Part shown: one piece after another, positions 12,387 to 22,773 of the stretch
Layout: each line of letters begins with the position of its first letter
Position numbering within the stretch: the stretch's first letter is position 1
NCBI GenBank assembly: GCA_002269645.1
Contig: NIVC01002244.1
Location: 186,001 to 250,000 of the forward strand
DNA length: 64,000 nucleotides
DNA from: Macrostomum lignano
Taxonomy: Eukaryota
Reading direction: 5' to 3'
Notes under the pieces: generated by a model
The model's input: the letters and a program-made list of their open reading frames with translations, nothing else
The model's database searches: none
Told to the model about the DNA's origin: nothing
Translations under genes and position numbers: made by a program

Positions 12387-15300
12387 ATGGTAATTCCATT
12401 GAAGGGTTGTCTAGCCATTTTTGGTGGTTTTATCATTCACTTCACCCTTGGTACTGTCTACACGTTTGGGAATATGAATCCCTACCTGACGTCCTACATG
12501 AAGTTCTATTCCAAAAGTCCCGAGATTAACTACCCACAGTCTACTTGGATATTCTCACTTTCGCTGGCTGGTCAGGGCTTTTCTATGGCTCTTGGCGGGC
12601 TGATTGAAACAAGGATTGGCGCAAGATTCACTGCTCTATTTGGCAGCTGGTTTATGAGGTAGCTAATTGGCTGTCTGATTGTTCAGTATTGATTTATTAC
12701 ACTAGGCTTCTTGCAAAAACTTCAACTATCTTTTCAATTTTCTAGTCTTGGTGTCATACTTTCGAGTCTAACTGTCAAGTCATATTTTGTATTGATCAGC
12801 CTCACCTATGGCGTCATGTTTGGAGTTGGCACAGGTGTGGCTTACTCTGTGGCAATTGCTGCTGCGATGAAGGTAAAATATTAATGCCTGTTTTGTCCCG
12901 CGCTTTACAATATCAAGAGTCATTAATCCAAGGCGTATAAAATCAACTAAAACTACCATTCACCACGCAGTGGTTTCCATCTCGAAAAGGCCTGGTTGGC
13001 GGCATAGTGGCTGCTGGATTTGGCGGCGGCAGTCTTGTGTTCAACCAACTGCAGACATTCTACATTAATCCGGACAATGTCAAGGCCAACTACACACTGG
13101 ATGGTGATAAGTGCGTATTTGCTGTGTCTGTTAAAACAGCTTCATCACATCACAAGCTCAATGTTAAAAGCAGACACACACATTATCGTTAGTCAGATGG
13201 GGCCCAAGCATTCATTTCCAGAAAATGCAAGCAAGGTTGGCCGTGGTTAATAGAAAATTTTCAAGTTCTGAGCGGCAGTTACGACTATCAGCTGTAGCTC
13301 AGTCGTCTAGCATGGCATTCTGATGTTCCAGCGGCCCAGGCTCGATTCCAAGTGCAGTCAATCAATTTGGGGCTAAATTGGAATCTCGGCTTGGCTCTGC
13401 TCGTGCAATTAACGCTCTAGAGATGCCTAACGATAAATAAATTTAGGGCCGCTGTACACTCCTGTGTGAGTGTGTGCCTGCGCGTATGACTGCGTAACGT
13501 ATCCGCGCGCTTTTGTGCCTGCTCAGAGGAGTCGGCGGAATGGGCAGTAATGCCTCTCGCCGGTTGTGCGACAATTTCGCTTAAAGTCCCCCTGCCTCTG
13601 ATAAAATCGAATAATAACGTCGTTCCTAATAATTATCAACAGTGGGCGCCTTAATAGTGGAGTAGACGCATCGAATATTAGGTTTTTTGTAGTTTCAATC
13701 TTTAAAAAATCGTTTGAAACTTCGCAGTCGACGTGAATACGATTCATGGTCAACTATGACATTATCGAACATGTTTGCTAATATTCCAGTTACTTCGACC
13801 AACCAGAGATTCTGGACCGCGTGCCCAGCTGCTTCATAGTTTTGGGCTCCACCTATGCCGCAATGCAGTTGCTGGGAGCTCTGCTTCTCTTTCCCGTACC
13901 GCCTGTCGGACACAGCCCTGACGACCAGCAGCAGCCTTTGATCTTGCCGCAGTCCAGTGAGGAGCATCAGCACTCTCGGCAATCCCAGGAGCAGCAACAG
14001 CTGCAGCTTTCTCCCCGCCAGCTGGTTAAAAAACCAATATTCTGGATTCTCTGGCTTACTTTCTTAGTGAACGCGCAGTCTCTGGTGTACATCTCGTCGC
14101 AGTACAAAGCGTACGGACTCTACAGGCAGTTTGACGATCATTTCCTAGCAATCACAGGCTCCGTGTCTTCAGTATTCAATTCCGGTACCCGTGTTGTTTG
14201 GGGTCTTGGCCACGATCTGCTGGGCTATTGGCGGCCAATGCTGGCTCTGTGCACTGGCGCCGCCGTTCTCTTGGCCACTTTCTATCTGAGCTCATCGGCT
14301 GCTTTCTACTTTATCTACGTGTGCCTGATGTTCGCATTTTTTGCAGGAAATTTCGCTCTGTTTCCGGCCGCTTGCGCCAAACTGTTTGGATCGAAGTTTT
14401 TCAGCGTTAATTATGGACTCATCTTTACTGGGAATGTGAGCGCTGCTCCCCCTTGTGTACCTCTGTGTTCAAAAATTAAATTTCATTAGCTAAAATTAGC
14501 ACTCGAAAAATCCAGATAAATGGGATTTTATAAAGGGCGATGCATCAAAGGGTCTCAGAGGACGGTGCATCAAAGGATCTTGGGAGGGCGGTGCATCAAA
14601 GGATCTTGGGAGGGAGGTGCATCAAAGGATATTGGGAGGGCGGTGCATCAAAATATCTTGAAGGGCGATGCATCAAAGGGTCTCAGAGGGCGGTGCATCA
14701 AAGGATCTTAGGGGCGGTGCCTCAAAGAATCTTCGACGGCGGTGTATCAAAATATCTTAAAGGGCGGTGCATCAAAGGATCTCAGAGGGCGGCAAATGAT
14801 CGACACAAACAGGGTGCATATGGCAGATACTCGTAAAATATCGACAGAGAAGTTTCACCTTCGCAGCACATCAAAAAAGAAGTGATAAGCCAGGAAATGT
14901 ATTGGAAAAAATTCTTTCACCATCCAGGCAATATCGGCCATATTGGGCGCTATTCTAACGTCAGCTATCAAGGAGGTGTTTGGTTGGCTGGCTCTGTTCA
15001 TCACTGGAGCATCTTTCTCCGCGGCAGGTAATTGGGTGCTGGCTTGATTGATATAATATATTCTCTTCTCAAAAGAGGTTTTCTATACTTCTTACTATCT
15101 GATATCCTCGTCGCTCTACCCCTTCCTCACTGTACATCTGTCTCCCTCTACCCCTTCCTCACTGTACATCTGTCTCCCTCTACCCCTTCCTCACTGTATA
15201 TCTGTCTCCCTCTACCCTTCCTCACCGTACATCTGTCTCCCTCTACCCCTTCCTCACTGTACATCTGTCTCCCTCTACCCCTTCCTCACTGTACATCTGT

Positions 15301-16090
15301 CTCCCTCTACCCCTTCCTCACTGTACATCTGTCTCCCTCTACCCCTTCCTCACTGTACATCTGTCTCCCTCTACCCCTTCCTCACTGTACATCTGTCTCC
15401 CTCTACCCGTTTCTCTCGATTCCCCAGCCTATCCCTTAGGCCTTATAGCCTTATTAGCCCAGGAATACAATCATTATTACTAACTTTCAAACTACGAGTA
15501 TATTCCACAGATACTAGAATAACTAGATGGGTCACTCAGCACATTTGCATGCAAGCTAGTTCAGTAGTAAGTTAAACAGAAGCATTTTAATGTAAGTTTA
15601 AAGCCAAGGCTCATTTATTGGCTCTTACCCTCCAGCTTAAACCCTTCAACCGCACCTTTCCACACTACCCCTCGCCCCGGCCCAATTTTTATTGCCTTTC
15701 TCGGAATTCCAGTCGAAAGCGGCCATGTACATTTCAGTGGACTGGCTAATGTACATTATTGCTGAACCAATTAGCAAGCTGTTTACGCCTGCAAGCTTGG
15801 GCTTCTAAACTTATCAAAGTCATTTCAGCTGCCTTTATTTTTATAAAATAGCTTATGCATTCTTCTTTGCTACTGAACGGAAAGTAGAAAGCTGTTTTAC
15901 TAAGTATATATGCCCGAGTGGCCCATCTAGTTATTTTAGAATCTGTGCTATATTCTTGCACTTACAATTTCAATTTCGTGTCTAAATTATTTTTTTATTT
16001 TCAGGCGTCGTTCTGTCTTTAATATTTCTGGCCCTGACTCGCGCTAGAAGTGGTCAACAGGAAGCGTACAACAGACTGGAGGATAGTTAG
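12387..16090 (+). CDS. MFS transporter, oxalate:formate antiporter (OFA)-like family
   Basis: Exons 12387-12658, 12746-12872, 12971-13110, 13790-14435, 14928-15027, 16005-16090 (stop TAG). GT-AG, phases consistent. About 12 hydrophobic segments; motifs GTVYTFGNMNPY, WFPSRKGLVGGIVAAGFGGGSLVF, FAGNFALFPAACAKLFG typical of OFA-like MFS proteins. Confidence 0.88.
13290..13680 (+). mobile_element. tRNA-derived SINE in MFS intron 3
   Basis: A-box-like TAGCTCAGTCGTCTAG and B-box-like GGCTCGATTCC, followed by a core shared with 29366-29525. The 3' boundary is approximate. Confidence 0.6.
14535..14790. repeat. About 28-bp minisatellite (gggcggtgcatcaaaggatcttggga) in MFS intron 4
   Basis: Directly visible, about 9 copies. 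Confidence 0.88.
15112..15410. repeat. 32-bp pyrimidine-rich minisatellite (ctctaccccttcctcactgtacatctgtctcc) in MFS intron 5
   Basis: Directly visible, about 9 copies. Confidence 0.92.
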
Positions 16091-16945
16091 CTAACTGTTT
16101 AGTTTTTTTCTGTTTGCTTAAGATTTTACAGTCCGTTAAAGAGAGATGTCTTCTTTAGCTCAAAAGTACGAGCTAGCTAAATGTCTGTATTTCACCTGCG
16201 GAAATTAAAAATTGATTTGCTTTGACTCGATTCACTAATCTCTCGTTTTAATAATGATTGCAATTGTTTGTGAGCTCGGATTAATGGATTTTATTGTTTT
16301 GATAATTCTGCACGCAAATTAGCATTTACTATAATTTTTTAATCAAGAGCCTATAAATTTTGTATGAAGTATTGTCTTCGCCCAAAGAGATCTATATTTT
16401 TTACTTTTTAAGTGCCACTGCAGAGAAAAATTATTTCATTTTTGCAATAAAACTCAATATACTAAAATTAATAAAAATATTTTAATAAACTTTTCACCCA
16501 TTCAAATTAGATTTTTTTATTTACGGTCTATTAATTTGTTTTACAAACTTGCAGGACATTGCCTTAAACTCTGACTTCCGATGAGCATCATTGCTTAAAA
16601 TTTCAACACACTGTTTCCTTTTTCTTACGTAATCTACGCACTTTATGTACACTGTCGTGAATTTTTATCAGTCGATGCTGCTAAGGGAGTTTGAGAGAAG
16701 GTTACCTCCACCTCGCCTATGTCTCACCTTTAGGTCGCGCACCTAAAGTCACCCACCCCTTACTCTGCACGCACCCCTAAACTAATTACATATATAAATA
16801 CTTGCGTGTCTAGAGGTGGAATCTCAGATAGAGAAAAGCGGACGGCTGCAAAGATGGAGGCACCGCTCATTGATTGGAAGCATTTGCCCTACACAGCATG
16901 AGCGATATAATGAGCATTGCTGGACAGCTGAGCCAGCGAGCGGTA

Positions 16946-17880
16946 GTTCGGCGCCAAGTCCCGCCCGGCGTTGCGAGCCGCCCTGCCAGTTCTCGGGAAA
17001 CGGGCCGGTCGGCCGTCAGTGAACGCCTCGACGGCCGGCAGCAACAACCTCCTGCTCATCCCCGACGTAGCCACGGGCCGGCGCTTCTTGGTCGACACCG
17101 GCGCTGAGGTGAGCATTTTTCCTGTCTCGGGGGCAGACGCCCGCTCGCACACACCCGGCCCGCCGCTTTTCGCGGCCAACAGAAGCCCGATCTGGACGTT
17201 CGGCAGCCGGACGCTAACGCTCGACCTCGGCGTCAAGACCTGCACCTGGCCGTTCATCCTGGCGGAGGTGTCACGGCCGTTGATCGGCGCGGACTTCCTG
17301 CGGCACCACGGCCTTCTGGTGAACATGCCAAACCGCCGTCTGCTCGACACTAGCTCGCTGTCCAGCGCCCCCCTGCTGCTCGGGTCCGGCCCGGCCCCGC
17401 AGCTCGCCGCCACCGTCGCTGGGGACCCGTACAGCCAGCTGCTCGCGAAGTTCCCGACGCTGACGGAGCCGAGTTTCCAGAAAGCCCGGGCCCTCCACGG
17501 GGTCCAACATCATATTCCGACGACGGCCCCCCCCCACCCCACGTCCACGCCCTGGCGCGCCGCCCGCCGCCTGACAAGCTGGCGGTGGACAAGGAGGAAT
17601 TCCGCAACCTGGAGCAGCTGGGCATCGTGCGGCGGTCCTGCAGCCCCTGGTCGTCGCCGCTGCACATGGTGCCAAAGGCCTCCGGGGGTTGGGGGCCCTG
17701 CGGCGATTTCCGGCGGCTCAACGACGCCACGGCGCCCAACCGCTACCCGGTGCTACACATCGAGGACTTTTCTGCGCGGATGTCCGGGTGCAACTTTTTC
17801 TCCAAGATCAACCTGGTGCGGGGCTTACCACCAGATCCCGGTTGCCGAGGCCGACATCGCCAAGACGGCCGTCATCACGC
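16946..17880 (+). mobile_element. Ty3/Gypsy LTR retrotransposon internal fragment (gag end, protease, RT N-terminus), degraded
   Basis: Gag tail RCEPPCQFSGN, aspartic protease FLVDTGAEVSI...LIGADFL, RT SPWSSPLHMVPK...CGDFRRLN...FSKINL..AYHQIPVAEADIAKTAVIT. Frameshifts near 17530 and 17822. No LTR, RNase H or integrase seen. Confidence 0.9.
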
Positions 17881-19980
17881 TATTTCAGTAGCTGGATTAG
17901 GCGCACACTTGCTCATTTTGTTCAGCAGTGCTGTTATTAACCATTCAATAATACTGATAGTAGCCTGATACTCCAATTCAATCTGAAGTGTGAAGTGATT
18001 TAGTGAGAAGGTTAAATCTGACAGTTATTTTTATCGGTTTTATTTCTTTGTTCGCCGATGGCTCAGATGAATAGCTAAGCTAGTAGGCGCCGGTCACAGT
18101 GGACCAATGGCAAGGCGGTTCTCAGTCGATCAATCTATCAAATCAGTTAACAAAATTGCCAATAGTGCAAAATCGGCGCTAGAGATGTACTTTGTGCACT
18201 CTAGGTTTGCCAAGCTGCTCGGGTAATGAATCATGCGGCCTCCGAAGTTCGAGTTAGTCTATCATCAGCGCTACGAGAGGCTGGTTGGCGCGTTGAAGGC
18301 CAAAAGTACAATTCCTCGTATTTAGCTATGTAATAGTACATGTAGCTACCCGGCCCTATAGTCTCGCCACTGCAAGAATCCCCTGCACAAGTCCCCTCTG
18401 TACCTGCATGGCCAATGCGATCGAGTCCTAGCAGTGTCCCTTATCATCGGCTATGACTTCGAGATTGACAGCAAAAAGACACTAGTCGACAGGTAAGTGC
18501 TAAGCCCCCTCTAGTCGGAAGCCCGATTTCGAAAGTTCCGGTTTGGTGAGCCAGAACGCACGGGCTTGGTGGCAGCGGGTTAGTTAATCTGCGGATTGGC
18601 TAATCTCTACCTTCAAAATTCTCCCTGCTTGTCTCTCGCTGTCCCTCTCTTAGCTATAGGACAGACTGCTCGCCACAAGATCAAGCTACCATGGGGCTGA
18701 CCATCTGACAGGTCGAGGGGGGGGGGGCCAGGACTCTAATTGATTTATTTCTGAGACCCGAAGTCTGAAGGCTTTCCGAAAGGGGCGAAAAGGCCGAAAC
18801 TCATCACATGCGAGATAAGGAAGTATCGATACTGCCTCCATTTCTCTTAGGGCTCCTTTGTGAGCCTGGAGTGAAATGGGTGTTAGCCATCCACCCCTCG
18901 CGCTGTACATTGTGCCGCCTTTGTGCGCCGTCCTCTCTACCCCTCCGTGGGGTGGGGGATTTGCTCACCCGCTCATTTATCTGCCCACCGCCCTCTGTGC
19001 CACGTCGCTCGCTTTCGCTTTGCAGCTCAATGTTTTTAAAAACTCCTTTTATTCTTTAATCTCATTTGCTTGCTATTTAAACTTAAATGTATCGTTACCA
19101 CGGCCCGGTCGCTTTCCCCACCTCTAGCGCTGCTTCGGGCCATAGACATTTGCCTGCCTGCTGTTCGTCTCATTGGCTGTTAGGGTGTGATTGTTTAAAT
19201 ATGCTTTCTTCGAATTACACTGTCACAGAAGCGGCAACGATCGAATAGCTATCTATCTGAGGCAGTAGTAATTTTTTTTAATACATGTATGTATCTAGTA
19301 ATGCTTTTCTTTTTAATTAGTATAGTTAATAGTGTTTGTATTTAGTATTTTGTTACACTTAGCTTGCCTTTTCTGAATATTATTTACGAGTACCTAATAC
19401 TGCAGAATATTTACGCTCAAATTTATTCTCTTTTAAAATCTTGTCACGCGCTGGGACCGCTGATTATTACATTGACGAACATCTACGAATATTTATGCTA
19501 AGTAAAATTGGGTAGTCATTTTTCTCTGTTAGCTCGCGTCCTGTTGGAGGACCAGATCGTTCAGACTTTTCGGAGACTTGGATTCATTGCCAAAATCTAC
19601 GTCACGCTGATCTGATTTTCGACACTCAGGACCTTTGCTCCTTACTCGGTGGTCACAGGACCGGTGACCTTTGGACGCCCCACCCGATGACTCACCCTTC
19701 CACCCAACCCTCCAGTATTTCTAAATCATTCAGACGTAATGCGCGAGGTATCGCTATTCCTCATCTCATCACAATAATATGTACGTAGAATTGTTGTGTA
19801 CTTTTGTTTAGCAATAAGGTAATTAAATACCATAGAATATTGCCATAGATAAGAGCACAGAAAGTTCCGGTCCCCAGGATGTGTAGAATTAAGAAACATT
19901 CTAACAAAGGAGTGGTCTGTTATTTCTCCGGAATTATCGTCACGATATTAATGAAGACACGATCGATCGCACATCATGAA

Positions 19981-20152
19981 TTTATTGAAGCTTGCACGTT
20001 CGATCGTTTGCTTCGATCCGATTCAAGGTTAGGATTAAAGGTGTTAAAACAATTACGTCTTCATAAATATTTATTGAAGCTTGCACGTTCTTTTGCTTCG
20101 ATCCGATTCAAGTTTAGGATTAAAGGTGTTAAAACAATTACGTCTTCATAAA
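19981..20152. repeat. 89-bp direct duplication downstream of the ENaC stop codon
   Basis: tttattgaagcttgcacgttc...ttacgtcttcataaa starts at 19981 and again at 20070. Confidence 0.9.
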
Positions 20153-20166
20153 GACAGTCAATAGAG

Positions 20167-21984
20167 CTAAGAACGCATTCTACAATGTTTCCACGCAGCT
20201 ACCAGCAGCTGGTGCAGCAGCTCGAACAGCTCCAGCAAGGTGAGCACAGAGCAGCCCAGGTGCAAGCCCAGAGAGCCGCCAAGGTCGGCAACAAACTGGC
20301 CTAGACTGTAGTCCAAACTGAAGGTGATCAGCTGACCAACCGATGACTCAGCCCTGATGGTCACTGACAAGAGTGCTCTCCGAAAATAGGCGTGCACTTT
20401 GTCTTCAAAGCTAATCAAGTCATCAATACTCGTATCTCCCTGAATAAATTGAAGCGCCCTCATTGCAGCCTCAATAGATCTGTAATCGTCCAAGCTTTTG
20501 TTTTTCAACGCGAATGGCAGAAGATTCGACAGGAAGCGCACCTCGCTGACCGAATTTGGCCAATTGCCAAACGATGACGTCACTCTGTATTGCCTCTGCC
20601 GACAGAGCTTGCTGCGCATGCACAACCGTTCCCAGTTGTCTGACAGTGGACTCTCTGACCGGCTTGCGGCAAGGTAGGCTCGCATGTTCAACTCCTGAGA
20701 CTGCGGACTGCCACTGGTGACGGCGGTGAGGTTCAGGCAAAGTGCCAGGTCTCGCAGCCTCCACGGCAGTGGCTGGGGCCAAGGACTGCAGTTGTATCGC
20801 GCAAGGGCCTCCCTAGCCATCTTGGTGTAGAAGCAGACGGCCTCGCTGTAGCCGAAGGCGTCCGCCGCTCCCGTGTGCGGATCAAAGAACAGCGCCTGAT
20901 CCGGCGGGGCATCCAGGCATTCGTCGGGAAAGTCGGCCGGTTTCAGTTGAGAGTCGCTCATCTCTACGGAGATGTCGTAGGCTCTGCCGGGACCCAGGCT
21001 GACCACGTTGGTGGTTAATCTAGACGGGTAGTGACCTCTGGGCACCAGGTAGAGCAGCATACCGCTGCCCCTGTCAATTTCGTGCGGATTGCTTAAATCC
21101 CAATCGTATGGGTAAAAGAGACGATTTTCGAACTGCCACCATGGTAGAAAATAACTGGAGTACAAACCCACGCTTTTCATTACGCTGTAGTAGGGATCCA
21201 GCCAAATATCGAACCGCAGCCTATTGTTGATGTTTCGCATTCGACTTCGTTCGGACTCGGTGAGAGCCACCTTGAAACACTTCAGGTGCTCCGGATGGTG
21301 CAGCGTTTCAATTTCTACTGGCGAGTCCAGAGACTGCTCCGAGCCGGCGCTGAACACGCCGTAGTTTCTGAAGAACGTCTGGTTCCTCCTCTGGCCGACA
21401 AGGTCAGCCAGCAGGCTGTAAGGCATAGACTGGAGAGTTCCAAGCAGATGGGATCTTTGCAGGTCGTACAGCTCCTCAGCTGTCCAGTTTGCAGCTCCGG
21501 CCACAGTGGCATTGTACAGTCGATATGCAGAAATCAGCGGCTTCATCAGTCGATGCCACTCCGAGCTGTTCAACAAGGCCGAGTAGGAGCCAGCCACCTG
21601 CAGGGTGTTGCAGAAGTACAGATCGGGGAACTCGAACTCTGCATCAGTGGCATTGAGCTCCGTGGCTATGCCGGGGCTCCTCAACCGATAGATGTAAGTC
21701 CTTGACGTGTAGACTAATAAGACTGAGCAGCTCAGGAAGCTGAGAAGCCAGAATGCTCGAAGCTTTGAGTCGCGGCGATGAAACGAAGCCACCCGGTTGA
21801 TGCCGTGAGCAGTGCTCTGGTCGATGGCTTCGCGGGCTAACCGAGGCACTAGTAGGCAGCGCGAGCTCATGATAGTTCCAAATAACGTTCGCAAGGACTC
21901 AAGAAGGAGCATTTTATCGCCTACAGCTGCTTCTATCAGGGTATCGATCCACTGCCGCTTGAGAACTGAGTCGCATATTTGCAT
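20167..21984 (-). CDS. DEG/ENaC (amiloride-sensitive/ASIC-like) sodium channel subunit, intronless ORF
   Basis: Single ORF, open from 22047; first ATG at 21984. Pre-TM1 STAHG motif, TM1, FPDLYFCN (FPAVTxCN), Cys-rich thumb, WPN motif, and TM2 FVADLGGSLGLHLGCSVLTLLE with GxS selectivity filter. Confidence 0.92.
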   Translation of the reverse strand: MQICDSVLKRQWIDTLIEAAVGDKMLLLESLRTLFGTIMSSRCLLVPRLAREAIDQSTAHGINRVASFHRRDSKLRAFWLLSFLSCSVLLVYTSRTYIYRLRSPGIATELNATDAEFEFPDLYFCNTLQVAGSYSALLNSSEWHRLMKPLISAYRLYNATVAGAANWTAEELYDLQRSHLLGTLQSMPYSLLADLVGQRRNQTFFRNYGVFSAGSEQSLDSPVEIETLHHPEHLKCFKVALTESERSRMRNINNRLRFDIWLDPYYSVMKSVGLYSSYFLPWWQFENRLFYPYDWDLSNPHEIDRGSGMLLYLVPRGHYPSRLTTNVVSLGPGRAYDISVEMSDSQLKPADFPDECLDAPPDQALFFDPHTGAADAFGYSEAVCFYTKMAREALARYNCSPWPQPLPWRLRDLALCLNLTAVTSGSPQSQELNMRAYLAASRSESPLSDNWERLCMRSKLCRQRQYRVTSSFGNWPNSVSEVRFLSNLLPFALKNKSLDDYRSIEAAMRALQFIQGDTSIDDLISFEDKVHAYFRRALLSVTIRAESSVGQLITFSLDYSLGQFVADLGGSLGLHLGCSVLTLLELFELLHQLLVAAWKHCRMRS

Positions 21985-22294
21985 TGGCAACAGTTCAAAT
22001 AGGTAGGTAGGTCGGCTCTGGCAAACATGCGACACTTTTAGACGAGACTTAAGGAAAAATGACTAAAAGCTTGACATGCTTGCATTTAGCTATCATAGTA
22101 GAAACAGTAGCGCACGGTAAATAAAAATACAGGGCTAACAGTTGGAAACAGTGCGTATTGCAAATATGTATTCAATTACACTTGATAGAAACATGCTTGC
22201 GCATATTGAACAGTTTAGGCTTGACCGAGGCTTTAACCTACACTGTCCAGTAGTCAATGGGTTAGCTAATGAATTCGAAATGCTTTGAGAGGGA

Positions 22295-22660
22295 ATTAAA
22301 GGACAGGAAGTTCTGGCAAATTTAAGGACAGGGAGTTCTTCAGGGAAATTTAAGGACAGGAAGTTCTTCAGGGAAATTTAAGGACAGGAAGTTCTTCAGG
22401 GAAATTTAAGGACAGGAAGTACTTCAGGGAAATTTAAGGACAGGAAGTACTTTAGGGAAATTTAAGGATAGGAAGTTCTTCAGGAAAATTTACGGACCGG
22501 AAGTACTTCAGGGGAATTTTAGCACCGGAAGTACTTGTGAGAAAGTTAAAGAGTATAAGCACTTCAGGGAAATTTGGAGACCGGAAGTACTTTAAGAAGA
22601 TTTAAGGACCGGAAGTATTTGAAGGAAATGTAAGAACCGGAAGTACTTCAAGGAAATTTA
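22295..22660. repeat. About 28-bp degenerate minisatellite (aggac(a/c)ggaagtacttcagggaaattta) between PCF11 and ENaC
   Basis: Directly visible; shares the aggaccggaagt core with the PCF11 intron arrays. Confidence 0.85.
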
Positions 22661-22773
22661 AGAACACGAGTGCTTGAGGCCAACTAAGACAAAGAGATAA
22701 ATGTTCAGCTGTCAGACAACACTGGCAAATCAGAGATCGGCTGCATTTACACATGTACACAAATGCCTCCCAA

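Noticed and set aside
18000-19700. Non-repetitive interval with a perfect donor (cag|gtaagt at about 18491) and G-runs
   Set aside because: No recognisable ORF, TIR, LTR or partner exon; likely TE remnants that cannot be assigned without a database.
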